The position numbers were made by a program, and so were the translations under genes. Shown one piece after another: positions 28,106 through 37,018 of a stretch of 64,000 bases of DNA. The stretch covers positions 126,433-190,432 of the forward strand of contig JACOEK010000006.1 in NCBI GenBank assembly GCA_024998595.1, written 5' to 3'. Under the pieces are notes generated by a model. That model was not told where the DNA came from. It ran no database searches and saw nothing but the letters and a program-made list of their open reading frames with translations. Origin of the DNA: Nitrospira sp. Lineage in GTDB: Bacteria; Nitrospirota; Nitrospiria; Nitrospirales; Nitrospiraceae. Numbering within the stretch: the stretch's first letter is position 1; every line of letters starts with the position of its first letter.

Positions 28106-29203
28106 GTGAAAATAGAAGTACGCGGACTCACCAAAACATTCGGCTCCTCCAACGCGGTGGGTGGCGTCTCTTTCGTGGTGAACGAGGGCGAACTACTCGG
28201 ACTGTTAGGACCCAGCGGCAGCGGCAAAACTACGGTGCTCCGGTTGATCGCCGGCCTGGAGGTGCCGACCTCTGGCGATATCTTCATCGACGGCAAACGG
28301 GTCAACGATCTCACGGTGCAGGAACGCAACATCGGCTTCGTGTTCCAACACTATGCCCTCTTCAAACACCTGACGGTTTTCGACAACATCGCCTTCGGCC
28401 TCAAGATCAAGAAGTGGAACCGGCGGGATATCGAACAACGTGTCGCGGAACTGCTTGCCTTGATGAGCCTGGACGGACTCGGCGGCCGTTATCCGCATCA
28501 ACTGTCCGGTGGACAGCGGCAGCGTGTCGCGATCGCCCGCGCGCTGGCGCCGCGCCCGTCGGTCTTGTTGATGGATGAACCGTTCGGTGCGGTCGATGCG
28601 AAGGTACGACAAGAGTTGCGCGAGTGGCTCATTCGCCTGCATACGGATTTGAACGTGACCAGCCTCTTCGTGACCCACGATCAGGAAGAAGCCATGGAAG
28701 TATCCGGGCGAATTATTGTGTTCTCGAAAGGCAAACTGGAGCAGGCCGGCTCTCCTGCAGATGTCTACGAGGAGCCCGCCACCGAGTTCGTGGCCCGATT
28801 TATCGGCTCGATGAATATCGTCGAAGGGATCGTGCGACGCGGGCAGGTGCAGGTTGGATCGCTTGAATTCCCCGCGACTGGCTTTGCCGATGGTCAGAAG
28901 CTCCAGGTGGGATTTCGTCCCTACTACGTAAAAATCGCGGAAGATCCTGCCCGATACCGTCAGCAGGCGAAACTCCGGCACATCTACTTCCTCGGCGTGG
29001 CGTACCGGCTGGAAATTGAAACCCCGGATGGACTAATTCTCCGATCCCGCATGAACAAGGAAGAATTCCGGCGCTGTCATTTTATCGTGGGGCAGGCCGT
29101 CTCGTTCGCCGTCACCCATTTCCGCATCCTGCCCCGGGAGGGCACGAGCCCGTCGCTCGGGACAGAATCAGGCAGCCCCATTGCTGGGCCCCTGACTCCA
29201 TAG
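28106..29203 (+). CDS. cysA: Sulfate ABC transporter ATP-binding protein
   Basis: GPSGSGKT, FVFQHYALF, LSGGQRQ, LLMDEPFGAVD, VTHDQEEA. Confidence 0.93.
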   Translation: MKIEVRGLTKTFGSSNAVGGVSFVVNEGELLGLLGPSGSGKTTVLRLIAGLEVPTSGDIFIDGKRVNDLTVQERNIGFVFQHYALFKHLTVFDNIAFGLKIKKWNRRDIEQRVAELLALMSLDGLGGRYPHQLSGGQRQRVAIARALAPRPSVLLMDEPFGAVDAKVRQELREWLIRLHTDLNVTSLFVTHDQEEAMEVSGRIIVFSKGKLEQAGSPADVYEEPATEFVARFIGSMNIVEGIVRRGQVQVGSLEFPATGFADGQKLQVGFRPYYVKIAEDPARYRQQAKLRHIYFLGVAYRLEIETPDGLILRSRMNKEEFRRCHFIVGQAVSFAVTHFRILPREGTSPSLGTESGSPIAGPLTP

Positions 29204-29240
29204 CGAACGGACATCCCGTTCTCCGCAGCACCTAATCCTG

Positions 29241-29483
29241 TCAACAGGCCTCTGCAGACACCGGTAATGGAGACGTCCGCTGTTGTGGCAACCTGAGGAA
29301 ATAGCTGTCCCCGTTCACACGGGCCAAACAGAGCTGACCCCGCCGATGCAAACGAGCAACCTCGCAGTACAGTTGATTCCAGGTTAAGCCCGAGCAATCC
29401 GCCACGAGCTGGTCCATGCCACTGGATGGATTGCGCCGGAGCGATTCCAACATCTCAACCGCCATGCTTTTCTGATTCGCCAC
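29241..29483 (-). CDS. Small winged-helix-like hypothetical protein (80 aa)
   Basis: GGAGG SD 5 nt before GTG 29483; core DQLVADCSGLTWNQLYCEVARLHRRGQLCL resembles a wHTH. Confidence 0.6.
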   Translation of the reverse strand: MANQKSMAVEMLESLRRNPSSGMDQLVADCSGLTWNQLYCEVARLHRRGQLCLARVNGDSYFLRLPQQRTSPLPVSAEAC

Positions 29484-29682
29484 GATGGCCTCCAATTCCT
29501 CAGACGCCTTCTGCCACCCGTACCTCATCTGAGACCGAACCGCCCCGCGAGCGCGGAAATCTAACCCCCTGCTGACTCCCTCGCGTGACGCCACCCATCC
29601 TCGCAACTCAGACGTGGCTTTTGAAGAAGGGCTACGTATCCTGCATGGACTCGTACCCGACACCAGCACGAGCGGATTACGG

Positions 29683-29799
29683 TCACTGCTTGGCTGCCCG
29701 GCAGGCATGACGCCGTTCCGAGTCGCTCTCGCGGGCCATATTAGCAGCAAGAAACCACACCAATGCGCTCATGGTGAGAATCCCAATGATCATGACCAT
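29683..29799 (-). CDS. Small single-pass membrane protein (38 aa; not in ORF track)
   Basis: Perfect AGGAGGT SD 5 nt before the ATG; hand translation MVMIIGILTMSALVWFLAANMARESDSERRHACRAAKQ*. Confidence 0.65.
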   Translation of the reverse strand: MVMIIGILTMSALVWFLAANMARESDSERRHACRAAKQ

Positions 29800-29917
29800 C
29801 TGACACCTCCTACCACGCAGGTCTGCGCCCGGCGCACCCCCGCGAAGCTATGCTCTCCTGGTCCGGCTCATCCGAACGTCACACGCTCCAGATCGTCGCG
29901 AACAGGCCAAGAGAGCG

Positions 29918-30283
29918 CTAGAGCTTTTTCTCCACGGCCACTTTCTTGTGAACCATCTTTTCTCCGGTCATGATCACCGAACCGGATTCTGCATCGACAT
30001 CGATTTTCATGATGCCTTGCTCGGCCGTCACGACCTCGACCTCCCAGATTGCTTTGTCCTGCTTTTGTTCCAGTTCCGCTTCAATCACTTTTCCAGGAAA
30101 ATTCTCCAACGCCGTGGCCATGGCTTGCTCGATCGTCACCTTCGCGTTCATTGACATGGCGATGACTTCTTGCGCGTCGTCTCCCCTGTGCCGATCCTTT
30201 TCTCCGCTCCACACCATCCCCCCGACAATGAGTCCAATCCCGATCACGACGGTAGCGACCAACCCCATTTTGTTGTCCATCAT
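29918..30283 (-). CDS. PepSY-domain protein
   Basis: N-terminal TM/signal; AKVTIEQAMATAL...GKVIEAELE...WEVEV...KIDVDAESGSV; AAGGAGG SD. Confidence 0.85.
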   Translation of the reverse strand: MMDNKMGLVATVVIGIGLIVGGMVWSGEKDRHRGDDAQEVIAMSMNAKVTIEQAMATALENFPGKVIEAELEQKQDKAIWEVEVVTAEQGIMKIDVDAESGSVIMTGEKMVHKKVAVEKKL

Positions 30284-30357
30284 GGCATCCTCCTTCTTCA
30301 TCCACGATCATGAATGCGACATACGAGGGGCACCAGCAGGCGTCCGCCCCGGAGCCC

Positions 30358-30386
30358 AGGGGAGCGAAGGACATCCCAGCTCCCCT
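30358..30386. terminator. GC-rich hairpin after the 30406 stop
   Basis: AGGGGAGC...GCTCCCCT 8-bp stem; no clear U-tract. Confidence 0.35.
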
Positions 30387-30405
30387 GTTCAACGTACACA
30401 ATGGC

Positions 30406-30735
30406 TTACTTCGCCGGCATCCGAATGCCTTCCTTGACGGGCGGATCAATCTTGATATTTGGCCCGTCCACCGTCGGCAATCGACCGGCCCCCTGATGCT
30501 CCAATAGTCTGGCATTATTAGGGTCCATCGGTGTCGGACTCATACTCGTATCTCCGGACTTCGCAGCCTCGAGAAGTGATTGACTGTGGGTGAAGTTCTG
30601 ACGGCCCGCATCATTCGCAAATTCTCCGCCTGACGGATAACCTGGATGCTTTGGCAACAACGCCGGATTGGCCAAGGCCAGTGCGGTCATTCCCACGCAT
30701 ACAAGTCCTGTCATCCCCATCGTATAAAGTTTCAT
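30406..30735 (-). CDS. Small exported hypothetical protein (109 aa)
   Basis: Signal peptide ending ALA; mature part NPALLPKHPGYP...GAGRLP. Confidence 0.7.
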   Translation of the reverse strand: MKLYTMGMTGLVCVGMTALALANPALLPKHPGYPSGGEFANDAGRQNFTHSQSLLEAAKSGDTSMSPTPMDPNNARLLEHQGAGRLPTVDGPNIKIDPPVKEGIRMPAK

Positions 30736-31027
30736 GATGATCACGCCTTTCGTTACGCACCCAACCACCGATCCGGCCGCAGGCGATCCCGGTCCATGAC
30801 CGGGAAGTCGTTGCGGACAGTCCTCCAACACCTCGAGGCCTCATCGCGTCACAGGCAGAGGGCCCACGGGTGCCGTCATTCCCACTTATATTCGGGCGTC
30901 GAAGCGACGGAGACTGGGGAATCGATCACACTAGGAAGGCACAGGGAAGCGTAAGGGATAGGACAGTCCGCGTTGCCACACCGTCACGACAGGAAAAACC
31001 ATACATCGACCGACAATCTCACTTACC

Positions 31028-31112
31028 ACCCTACAGAGATTAACCATTTTTAGTCAAGTATAATCTTGATAAATTAGCAATGGCCGGATATTATTAACCA
31101 TATTAAGTTAAT
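31028..31112. promoter_or_regulatory. Back-to-back sigma70 promoters with palindromic operator candidates
   Basis: Plus strand TTGATA(31066)-N17-TATTAT(31089); minus strand TTGACT(31057)-N18-TAGGGT(31033); palindromes TCAAG-N6-CTTGA (31054-31069) and ATTAAC-N8-GTTAAT (31093-31112). Confidence 0.6.
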
Positions 31113-31131
31113 CACGCATACAGAGGCTCTC

Positions 31132-31995
31132 GTGAACATCGCCCTTGTGCTCAAACATCGCCTCAAAGAGCTTGGACTGGATCAGCGGGCACTCGCTCGG
31201 GCTGCCCATGTGACCGAATCGTACATCTCTCAGCTCTTGACCCAAAAAAAACTCCCGCCCGCGTCGAATCGGACCGACATGTATGACAAGATCGGCCGCG
31301 TACTGAAACTACCCTCCGGACAACTTGCCACACTTGCGGACCAGCAACGCCGCGAACGACTCAAGAAACGTTGGGGCGACCTCCCCTCCCCGTTATTGCA
31401 CGAAGTGCGCGAGTTGATTCTCCGCAAATGCCATCCCAGCAAGGCGCCGCAAATTCGTGCCATTTTTGAGAAGCAACCCTTCGGCGAGCTTGAACGGTTC
31501 GTCACACAGAAACTTCTCGGGGTCGCGAAGGGGGTCGCGAGACAGGAATTGGACAATCACGTGTGGCTAAGACGGGTGGCCAAACTCAACAAGAAGAGCT
31601 ACCCGCAGATGCGAGTCACCGTCTTGAAATTCCTGGACACAACCGTCTTTGACCTCTCCAATGAAAACTGTATCGCCTTCCTCGATCCGTTAATCGAATC
31701 GTGGGATATCGATCTCGTGACGTTCTGCATTGAAATTGTCCTGAATCGCAGGGTGGCCCCCGGGCATCAGAAACGATTTGAATTTGTGGAGAAGGGCCCG
31801 GACGCCTTTCTGGAGCGAGAACCGGGATTCGAAGAGTTTCTTCAGAATACGGCCCTGAGCGGAAATGCTACCGAGGAGGAACTCACCTTTCTACGCAAAC
31901 TCGTATTCGGAACCAAACGGCCCACCGCGCTCTACTACTATCGAGAACTCCAAAACCTTAGAGATCCGTTACATTTCCGAGCAGCCGACAAATGA
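31132..31995 (+). CDS. XRE-type helix-turn-helix protein with a long C-terminal region
   Basis: LKHRLKELGLDQRALARAAHVTESYISQL HTH; AGAGG SD before GTG. Confidence 0.8.
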   Translation: MNIALVLKHRLKELGLDQRALARAAHVTESYISQLLTQKKLPPASNRTDMYDKIGRVLKLPSGQLATLADQQRRERLKKRWGDLPSPLLHEVRELILRKCHPSKAPQIRAIFEKQPFGELERFVTQKLLGVAKGVARQELDNHVWLRRVAKLNKKSYPQMRVTVLKFLDTTVFDLSNENCIAFLDPLIESWDIDLVTFCIEIVLNRRVAPGHQKRFEFVEKGPDAFLEREPGFEEFLQNTALSGNATEEELTFLRKLVFGTKRPTALYYYRELQNLRDPLHFRAADK

Positions 31996-32276
31996 ACCCT
32001 GGCCGAAGCTGACACTACTCCGTGGCTTATGCCTCACTTTCAAATACGTCGTGCAAAGATCGGCTCGCTGCTCATTTTAAGAACCAGCCCATTGCCGTGC
32101 AGACAATCCCGCTGCTCGTCAAGACCTATTGCTAGCACGTGCTTCCAGTGCCCTGTGGTCGACAACGTTGACAGCTACGTATTTAAGCGTCACCGGCAAA
32201 ACATCTCTCTGAACTCAATACCGACCACTAGTGCCTGGCACTATCACGAATAGGCTCATGGTCCAGATGGGGATAG

Positions 32277-33740
32277 CTACTTCACTCGGTGGAGATGGAG
32301 CAGCACTGGCCCAGGAAGCGGCACGGCAAACAATCGTTCTCCACCTCCCTCTAGTTGTTCCGACGGCAAGACTGTTTGTGCCTCTAGGTCGATCCATTCT
32401 CCCACGAATTCACCCGCTGCCCCGGTAAGATTGACGGTCAGGGGCCTGCTGACGTCCGTCGTTGATTGCGACGACGCAGCGGCAGGTACATACACCAGAT
32501 ATGCCTGCCCGGGATCTGCCAGACAATACCCGGTCGACGCCAATTCCTCGTGCGGTACCGTCCGCCGGAGGTCCAGACGATTGGCCCACCGGCGCGCCTG
32601 TCCCATCGCAACCCGCGCGCGCTCATGCTGCGGCTCATTCAAGACCGGTTCACCGATTGTGAGCTCGTGCAGCGCTTCGAACGGGTCCATGTAGATGGGA
32701 TTATATCCCCGGAAGAAGCTTTCCCAGACGTATTCCCGATCGCCGCCGATCCCGTGGATGTGGTCGGTGTCGAGGATCATGACTTTCCTTCCATCAGCGG
32801 CTGGAGGATGACGGGCATATTTCGTGTAGCCACCAGGAGAAATCCATTCGGCCGGACTGTCGAACAGGGTCGCATTGTCGCCGCCGCCGAACTCACCGAG
32901 TTGAAAAAACGTCATGCCCACAGGATGGGCCGGGAACTGCCGCTCCGCTTCGTAGCGTTTGATGACGCGAATGAGGTGATATTGCCAGGTGACCGACTCG
33001 GGGGTCGCTTCATTCACCACTTCGTACAAGACATTGTCCAAATCGTGCAGCGTGTCGAGCACGTGCCGTACATAGGCTTCCTGAATCTGTAGCACGTGAG
33101 AGCCGGGCGACTGGTGCACTTCCAGCCCGAGCCCGTCGCCGTTGGCATCGCCGTCGATGCCGTTCACATTATTCCCGCCGTTCAGCGGGTGCGCCTTCCA
33201 CGCGCCCGGCGTGACCACACTGAAGCCTTGAAAAAACATGATGGAGACGTACATGCCGCGTTGTCCCGCTTGCATAACTCTGGTGCGAAGCCGCTCGAAA
33301 TAGGCAGGGTTGAAACGGGACAGATCCAACCGTGGCCGCCCATCCAAAGCGAGCTCTGGTCCAATCCGCAGATACGGCAGCGGCGCGATATCCTTCTCGT
33401 TGGCCGGAGGATTCATGAGCCACCCGCCGTCAGAATGGATCGATTCAGTGACCCACAAGCGAATGAAATTGTGATGCAGAGCAGTCAGACGATCGAGATA
33501 GGCCAAATAGTCGAACACCTGTGTGACATCCTGAAAGTTTTCCCAGGAATGGGAACCGGTCAGGTAGACGATCCGGTTGTCAGCATCGGCAAAATACCGT
33601 GGGTTGTCACGGGACTGTCGCAGGGGGCCGCGGGTTTGAAGCGGTGCTGAATCATCTCCGGCGAGAACTTCCGCTTGGCCGGCTATGCACAGCAACAGCA
33701 CGCCCACGACACATCGCAACAGGTTCGAATGATGCACCAT
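32277..33740 (-). CDS. Exported glycoside-hydrolase-like TIM-barrel protein with a C-terminal beta domain
   Basis: Signal peptide; YLTGSHSW, HHNFIRLW, LYEVVNE (clan GH-A acid/base-like), C-terminal GYCLADPGQAYLVYVP. Confidence 0.7.
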   Translation of the reverse strand: MVHHSNLLRCVVGVLLLCIAGQAEVLAGDDSAPLQTRGPLRQSRDNPRYFADADNRIVYLTGSHSWENFQDVTQVFDYLAYLDRLTALHHNFIRLWVTESIHSDGGWLMNPPANEKDIAPLPYLRIGPELALDGRPRLDLSRFNPAYFERLRTRVMQAGQRGMYVSIMFFQGFSVVTPGAWKAHPLNGGNNVNGIDGDANGDGLGLEVHQSPGSHVLQIQEAYVRHVLDTLHDLDNVLYEVVNEATPESVTWQYHLIRVIKRYEAERQFPAHPVGMTFFQLGEFGGGDNATLFDSPAEWISPGGYTKYARHPPAADGRKVMILDTDHIHGIGGDREYVWESFFRGYNPIYMDPFEALHELTIGEPVLNEPQHERARVAMGQARRWANRLDLRRTVPHEELASTGYCLADPGQAYLVYVPAAASSQSTTDVSRPLTVNLTGAAGEFVGEWIDLEAQTVLPSEQLEGGGERLFAVPLPGPVLLHLHRVK

Positions 33741-33820
33741 CTTCCCTCGTCTGATACGTCAGATGTTGAACAGAGTTTCGTACGATGACTGATATCGCCT
33801 GAGAGCGCTGGACGAACGGC

Positions 33821-34723
33821 TTAGTAGTAGGTGATCCGGCGCTCGCGAACGTGAGATTGCTTGAGGCGGACCTCACCCTTCTGCACTTCCCACCACTCAA
33901 AGGTTTCGGTGATCCAGTTCCCTACCGTGTCGTAGATATACCGGTATGCCTTCCGGTCGGTGAGCCGTCCGCCGGCATCATAACTGCGTTCCTCGATTTG
34001 ACTACCCCGCTCATCGTAACGGAACTCCGAATGACCTTGTTTGCGCCCTCGGAGATCCGACACCACTTTTTCCTGCACGTGCCCACGATCGTCGTAGGTG
34101 ATCGCCACGTCATGCCCCACATCAAACCGATGGGTGGTCACCACCTGATGTCCGGCGGCGTCATATCGATAATTGCGTTCGAGACGCTCGTGTGCCAGGC
34201 GTCCCGCGGCATCATAGGAATAGAGGTTTCGGTTGACGACCTGCACCGCGTTGTAATGAAGGCCTCGCCGGAGCCGACGAGACTCGTCGTATGCATAGAG
34301 GGACACGTTTTCAAACGTCCCATCGCCCCATGCCGCCAGCTCGGCGGAACGATTGCCTTGCGCATCGTAGACCGAGCGGGTCTCCTTCACGAGTTCGCCT
34401 CGTGCATCGCGTACGACTTCGGCCAGACGTTTTCCTTCCTGATCGTAGACATAGGTAAACCGCAGGGGCCACAAGCCTTGAGATGCGTCCTTCCCGTCTT
34501 GTATCCGTTCGAGAATACGACCCTGCGGATCATACCGGTCGGTTTGCGCCAAAAGACTGTCTATTGTTTCAACGGAATGGACGGCTCCCACCAATCCGTC
34601 TTCTTCTCTAGCCGAGAGTTGGGCAGAAAGGACAGGCAACGGTAGGCCTACCGTCACGAGAGAGAACAGGCAGAGGAACACAATGAGCGGATAAAGCAGC
34701 GCCCGATTCCGTCGTGGCCGCAC
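33821..34723 (-). CDS. Exported YD/RHS-repeat-like protein (start uncertain; ORF extends to 34825)
   Basis: Repeated Y-x-Y-D-x-x-G units (YVYDQEG, SVYDAQG, YSYDAAG, YRYDAAG, FRYDERG, YIYDTVG); signal-like N-terminus. Confidence 0.75.
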   Translation of the reverse strand: MRPRRNRALLYPLIVFLCLFSLVTVGLPLPVLSAQLSAREEDGLVGAVHSVETIDSLLAQTDRYDPQGRILERIQDGKDASQGLWPLRFTYVYDQEGKRLAEVVRDARGELVKETRSVYDAQGNRSAELAAWGDGTFENVSLYAYDESRRLRRGLHYNAVQVVNRNLYSYDAAGRLAHERLERNYRYDAAGHQVVTTHRFDVGHDVAITYDDRGHVQEKVVSDLRGRKQGHSEFRYDERGSQIEERSYDAGGRLTDRKAYRYIYDTVGNWITETFEWWEVQKGEVRLKQSHVRERRITYY

Positions 34724-34781
34724 CTTAAAAGAGCCGGGGACGACGCACAGCAGAAATCGGGCGGACCAGGCTTCCCGCTTC

Positions 34782-35561
34782 TTAATCGACAGACGCCAGG
34801 GAGCCGAGAATATGGTATCCCCCATCGACGTAGATCACCTCTCCGGTGATGCCGCGACCTAATGGACTCACGAGGAACAGCGCCGTATCGCCGACTTCGC
34901 CCTGTTCGGTCGCCCGCCGAAGCGGCGCGAATGCGCGATGGTGATCGACCATCTTGCTGATCCCGGACACGCCGCGAGCCGCCAGCGTTTTAATCGGCCC
35001 GGCGGAAACGGCATTCACCCGGATGTTCTTAGGGCCCAGGTCGTGTGCCAGATACCGCACCGTTGCTTCGAGCGCGGCTTTGGCGACGCCCATGACGTTA
35101 TAATGCGGGACGACTCGCTCGCTGCCGAGATAGGTCAGCGTGACGACTGACCCGCCTTCCGTCATCAATGGTATCGCCGCCCGGGTGACGGCGACGAGGG
35201 AATAGGCACTCACATCGAGGGCCGTGGCGAATCCCTGGCGGGTGGTGTTCACAAATTCTCCGGTCAGTTCCTCGCGTGGAGCAAACGCCAGGGAATGCAC
35301 CAGAAAATCCAACCGTCCCAGTTTCTCCGCGGCCTGTTTCATCATCGCGTCGATCTGATTGTCATCTCCGACATCACAGACGCAGGCCGAGGCGCCGGGC
35401 AGGGTCTGGACCAATTCTTCGACGTTCTCGCGCAACCGTTCGTTCTGATAACTGAACAGCATCTGCGCGCCTTCCCGCGCCGCAGCTTGCGCGATGGCCC
35501 AGGCGATACTGTGCTTATTGGCCACACCGATGATCAGACCCTTTTTACCTTCTAGCAACAT
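34782..35561 (-). CDS. fabI: Enoyl-ACP reductase
   Basis: GVANKHSIAWAIA, LVHSLAFAP, YNVMGVAKAALE, VNAVSAGPIKTLA, YVDGG. Confidence 0.97.
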   Translation of the reverse strand: MLLEGKKGLIIGVANKHSIAWAIAQAAAREGAQMLFSYQNERLRENVEELVQTLPGASACVCDVGDDNQIDAMMKQAAEKLGRLDFLVHSLAFAPREELTGEFVNTTRQGFATALDVSAYSLVAVTRAAIPLMTEGGSVVTLTYLGSERVVPHYNVMGVAKAALEATVRYLAHDLGPKNIRVNAVSAGPIKTLAARGVSGISKMVDHHRAFAPLRRATEQGEVGDTALFLVSPLGRGITGEVIYVDGGYHILGSLASVD

Positions 35562-35725
35562 ACCGGCTCCTGCTCCTTCAATGAGATGACACCCGATTGG
35601 GCGCTGAACATACCATGATTTGCGGATGGAGTGAATGACCTTCCCGCCGTCCGCCATCGCCGCATCGCGCTCTTCTCTACACGTTCCGGCGCTCTCTCAG
35701 TCTTTACCTTTGCCCCACGCATGGT

Positions 35726-35810
35726 GGTGTCCGGATGGCCATAGATTGCGCGCATCGAACGAGCATCTTCTGAGGTGCGCGTTCTGCGAGCATATGACCA
35801 TCCGGACACC
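35726..35810. repeat. Palindromic element (REP/MITE-like, family 2), 85 bp
   Basis: Arms GGTGTCCGGATGGCCATA and TATGACCATCCGGACACC match at 17/18; lies 2 nt from the TAG stop at 35813. Confidence 0.7.
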
Positions 35811-35812
35811 GC

Positions 35813-36685
35813 CTACAACTTCTTTCGCACCTCTTTCCAATCCTTCGCGCCCTTGGCTTTGCGAGGCAGTTCGCCCTTGGGCAATTCCGGCACCACCACC
35901 ACTTCCATGCGGTGTTGCAGCAGTATGTCCGCAAACGCCCTCGTACGTCCGATGCCGGATTTCATCGTCGTCCACCCATCATGCTTCAAGTTGTCGAGTG
36001 TCGCGCTCAGCCCTCCTGGCACCGGCGCCGCCACGAACCCGGCCGGAAACTTGTGCGCCTCCAGCCAGCGACGCACCTGTCCGCTGGAGGCCTGTCCCAT
36101 CGGTCCCTGGTCGTCGCTCAACACGTACACCACGTTGTAATAGTACTGAGTCACCCGCGACAATTCCTCGGCGGCCTCAGGAACGGGCATCGGCGCTGGG
36201 TCATCCATTGATCCGGTTCCAGGAGAGGCTGCCGGTGGCGGCGAAGCGAGAGCCGATTGGACAAGCGCGGCCAGTTCGACCACCACGATCGGCCGCCGGC
36301 GTTCCCAGACACACAGCGTCGCGTCGACCTTCTCCGCCCCAATGGGAGCCTCCGCATCGATCGACACGCTGATCACGTTCGTACCCCGGAACTTCGGCAA
36401 ATAGTCGAACGAGGCCTTCCCGACCTCATTGGTTTTGCCGATGGCGACGTCCTTCCCGTCGATCTGCAGGTGCAGCACAATACCGCTTAACGGTGGAGCC
36501 AAGGCGGCAGTCTTCACGGCTACCTGAGCCTCTATTCGAACCGAATGATTCGGCAAAGTCAGTGCATCTCGCACCGTCAGCGTACCGGGTAACTTTGCGG
36601 CGGCTTCGCCCGTCGCCACAGTTGCCAGAACCGCGAACAGCACCAAGCCGATGGTGGGTAACCCCTGACGAAAGAATGCTGCCAT
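35813..36685 (-). CDS. Exported Ig-like plus degenerate HAD-like (LNS2/App1-type) protein
   Basis: Signal peptide; GKTNEVGKASF Ig-like region; PIVVVELAAL at the HAD motif I position; PVPEAAEEL...VVYV...WLEAHKFPAG. Confidence 0.65.
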   Translation of the reverse strand: MAAFFRQGLPTIGLVLFAVLATVATGEAAAKLPGTLTVRDALTLPNHSVRIEAQVAVKTAALAPPLSGIVLHLQIDGKDVAIGKTNEVGKASFDYLPKFRGTNVISVSIDAEAPIGAEKVDATLCVWERRRPIVVVELAALVQSALASPPPAASPGTGSMDDPAPMPVPEAAEELSRVTQYYYNVVYVLSDDQGPMGQASSGQVRRWLEAHKFPAGFVAAPVPGGLSATLDNLKHDGWTTMKSGIGRTRAFADILLQHRMEVVVVPELPKGELPRKAKGAKDWKEVRKKL

Positions 36686-36724
36686 GGTACCTGTGGCCTT
36701 CTCTGCTGAACAACACATGCGTGA

Positions 36725-36988
36725 TTACGGGAAGAGTCCGCGGTCGCGGCTGACAATCAGATAGGTATCGCCCATGCAGAACAGCACGAGGCCGAGCAAG
36801 GGTATGAGGGCAAACGAGAACCAGTTCATCCACAGGGTGATCAACAGCAGCCCCGCCGCGAGGAGCGGCCCGCCTCGCTTTTCCCCAATATAGAGATGAC
36901 CGAGCCCGGGCACGAGGGACAAGGCAGCGGCACGGAGGGCATGGGATGGTTTTTCAAGGGGATCCATTGGAGCCAAAGAGAAGTCCAC
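36725..36988 (-). CDS. Small membrane protein (87 aa)
   Basis: AAALSLVPGLGHLYIG motif followed by two TM segments. Confidence 0.75.
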   Translation of the reverse strand: MDFSLAPMDPLEKPSHALRAAALSLVPGLGHLYIGEKRGGPLLAAGLLLITLWMNWFSFALIPLLGLVLFCMGDTYLIVSRDRGLFP

Positions 36989-37018
36989 GACACAAGCGCC
37001 CCGTCACCTGAATAGCGG

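Noticed and set aside
29484-29750. N-terminal 89 codons of the 169-aa ORF called in the track
   Set aside because: It overlaps the better-supported 38-aa ORF, and a good SD places the real start at GTG 29483.
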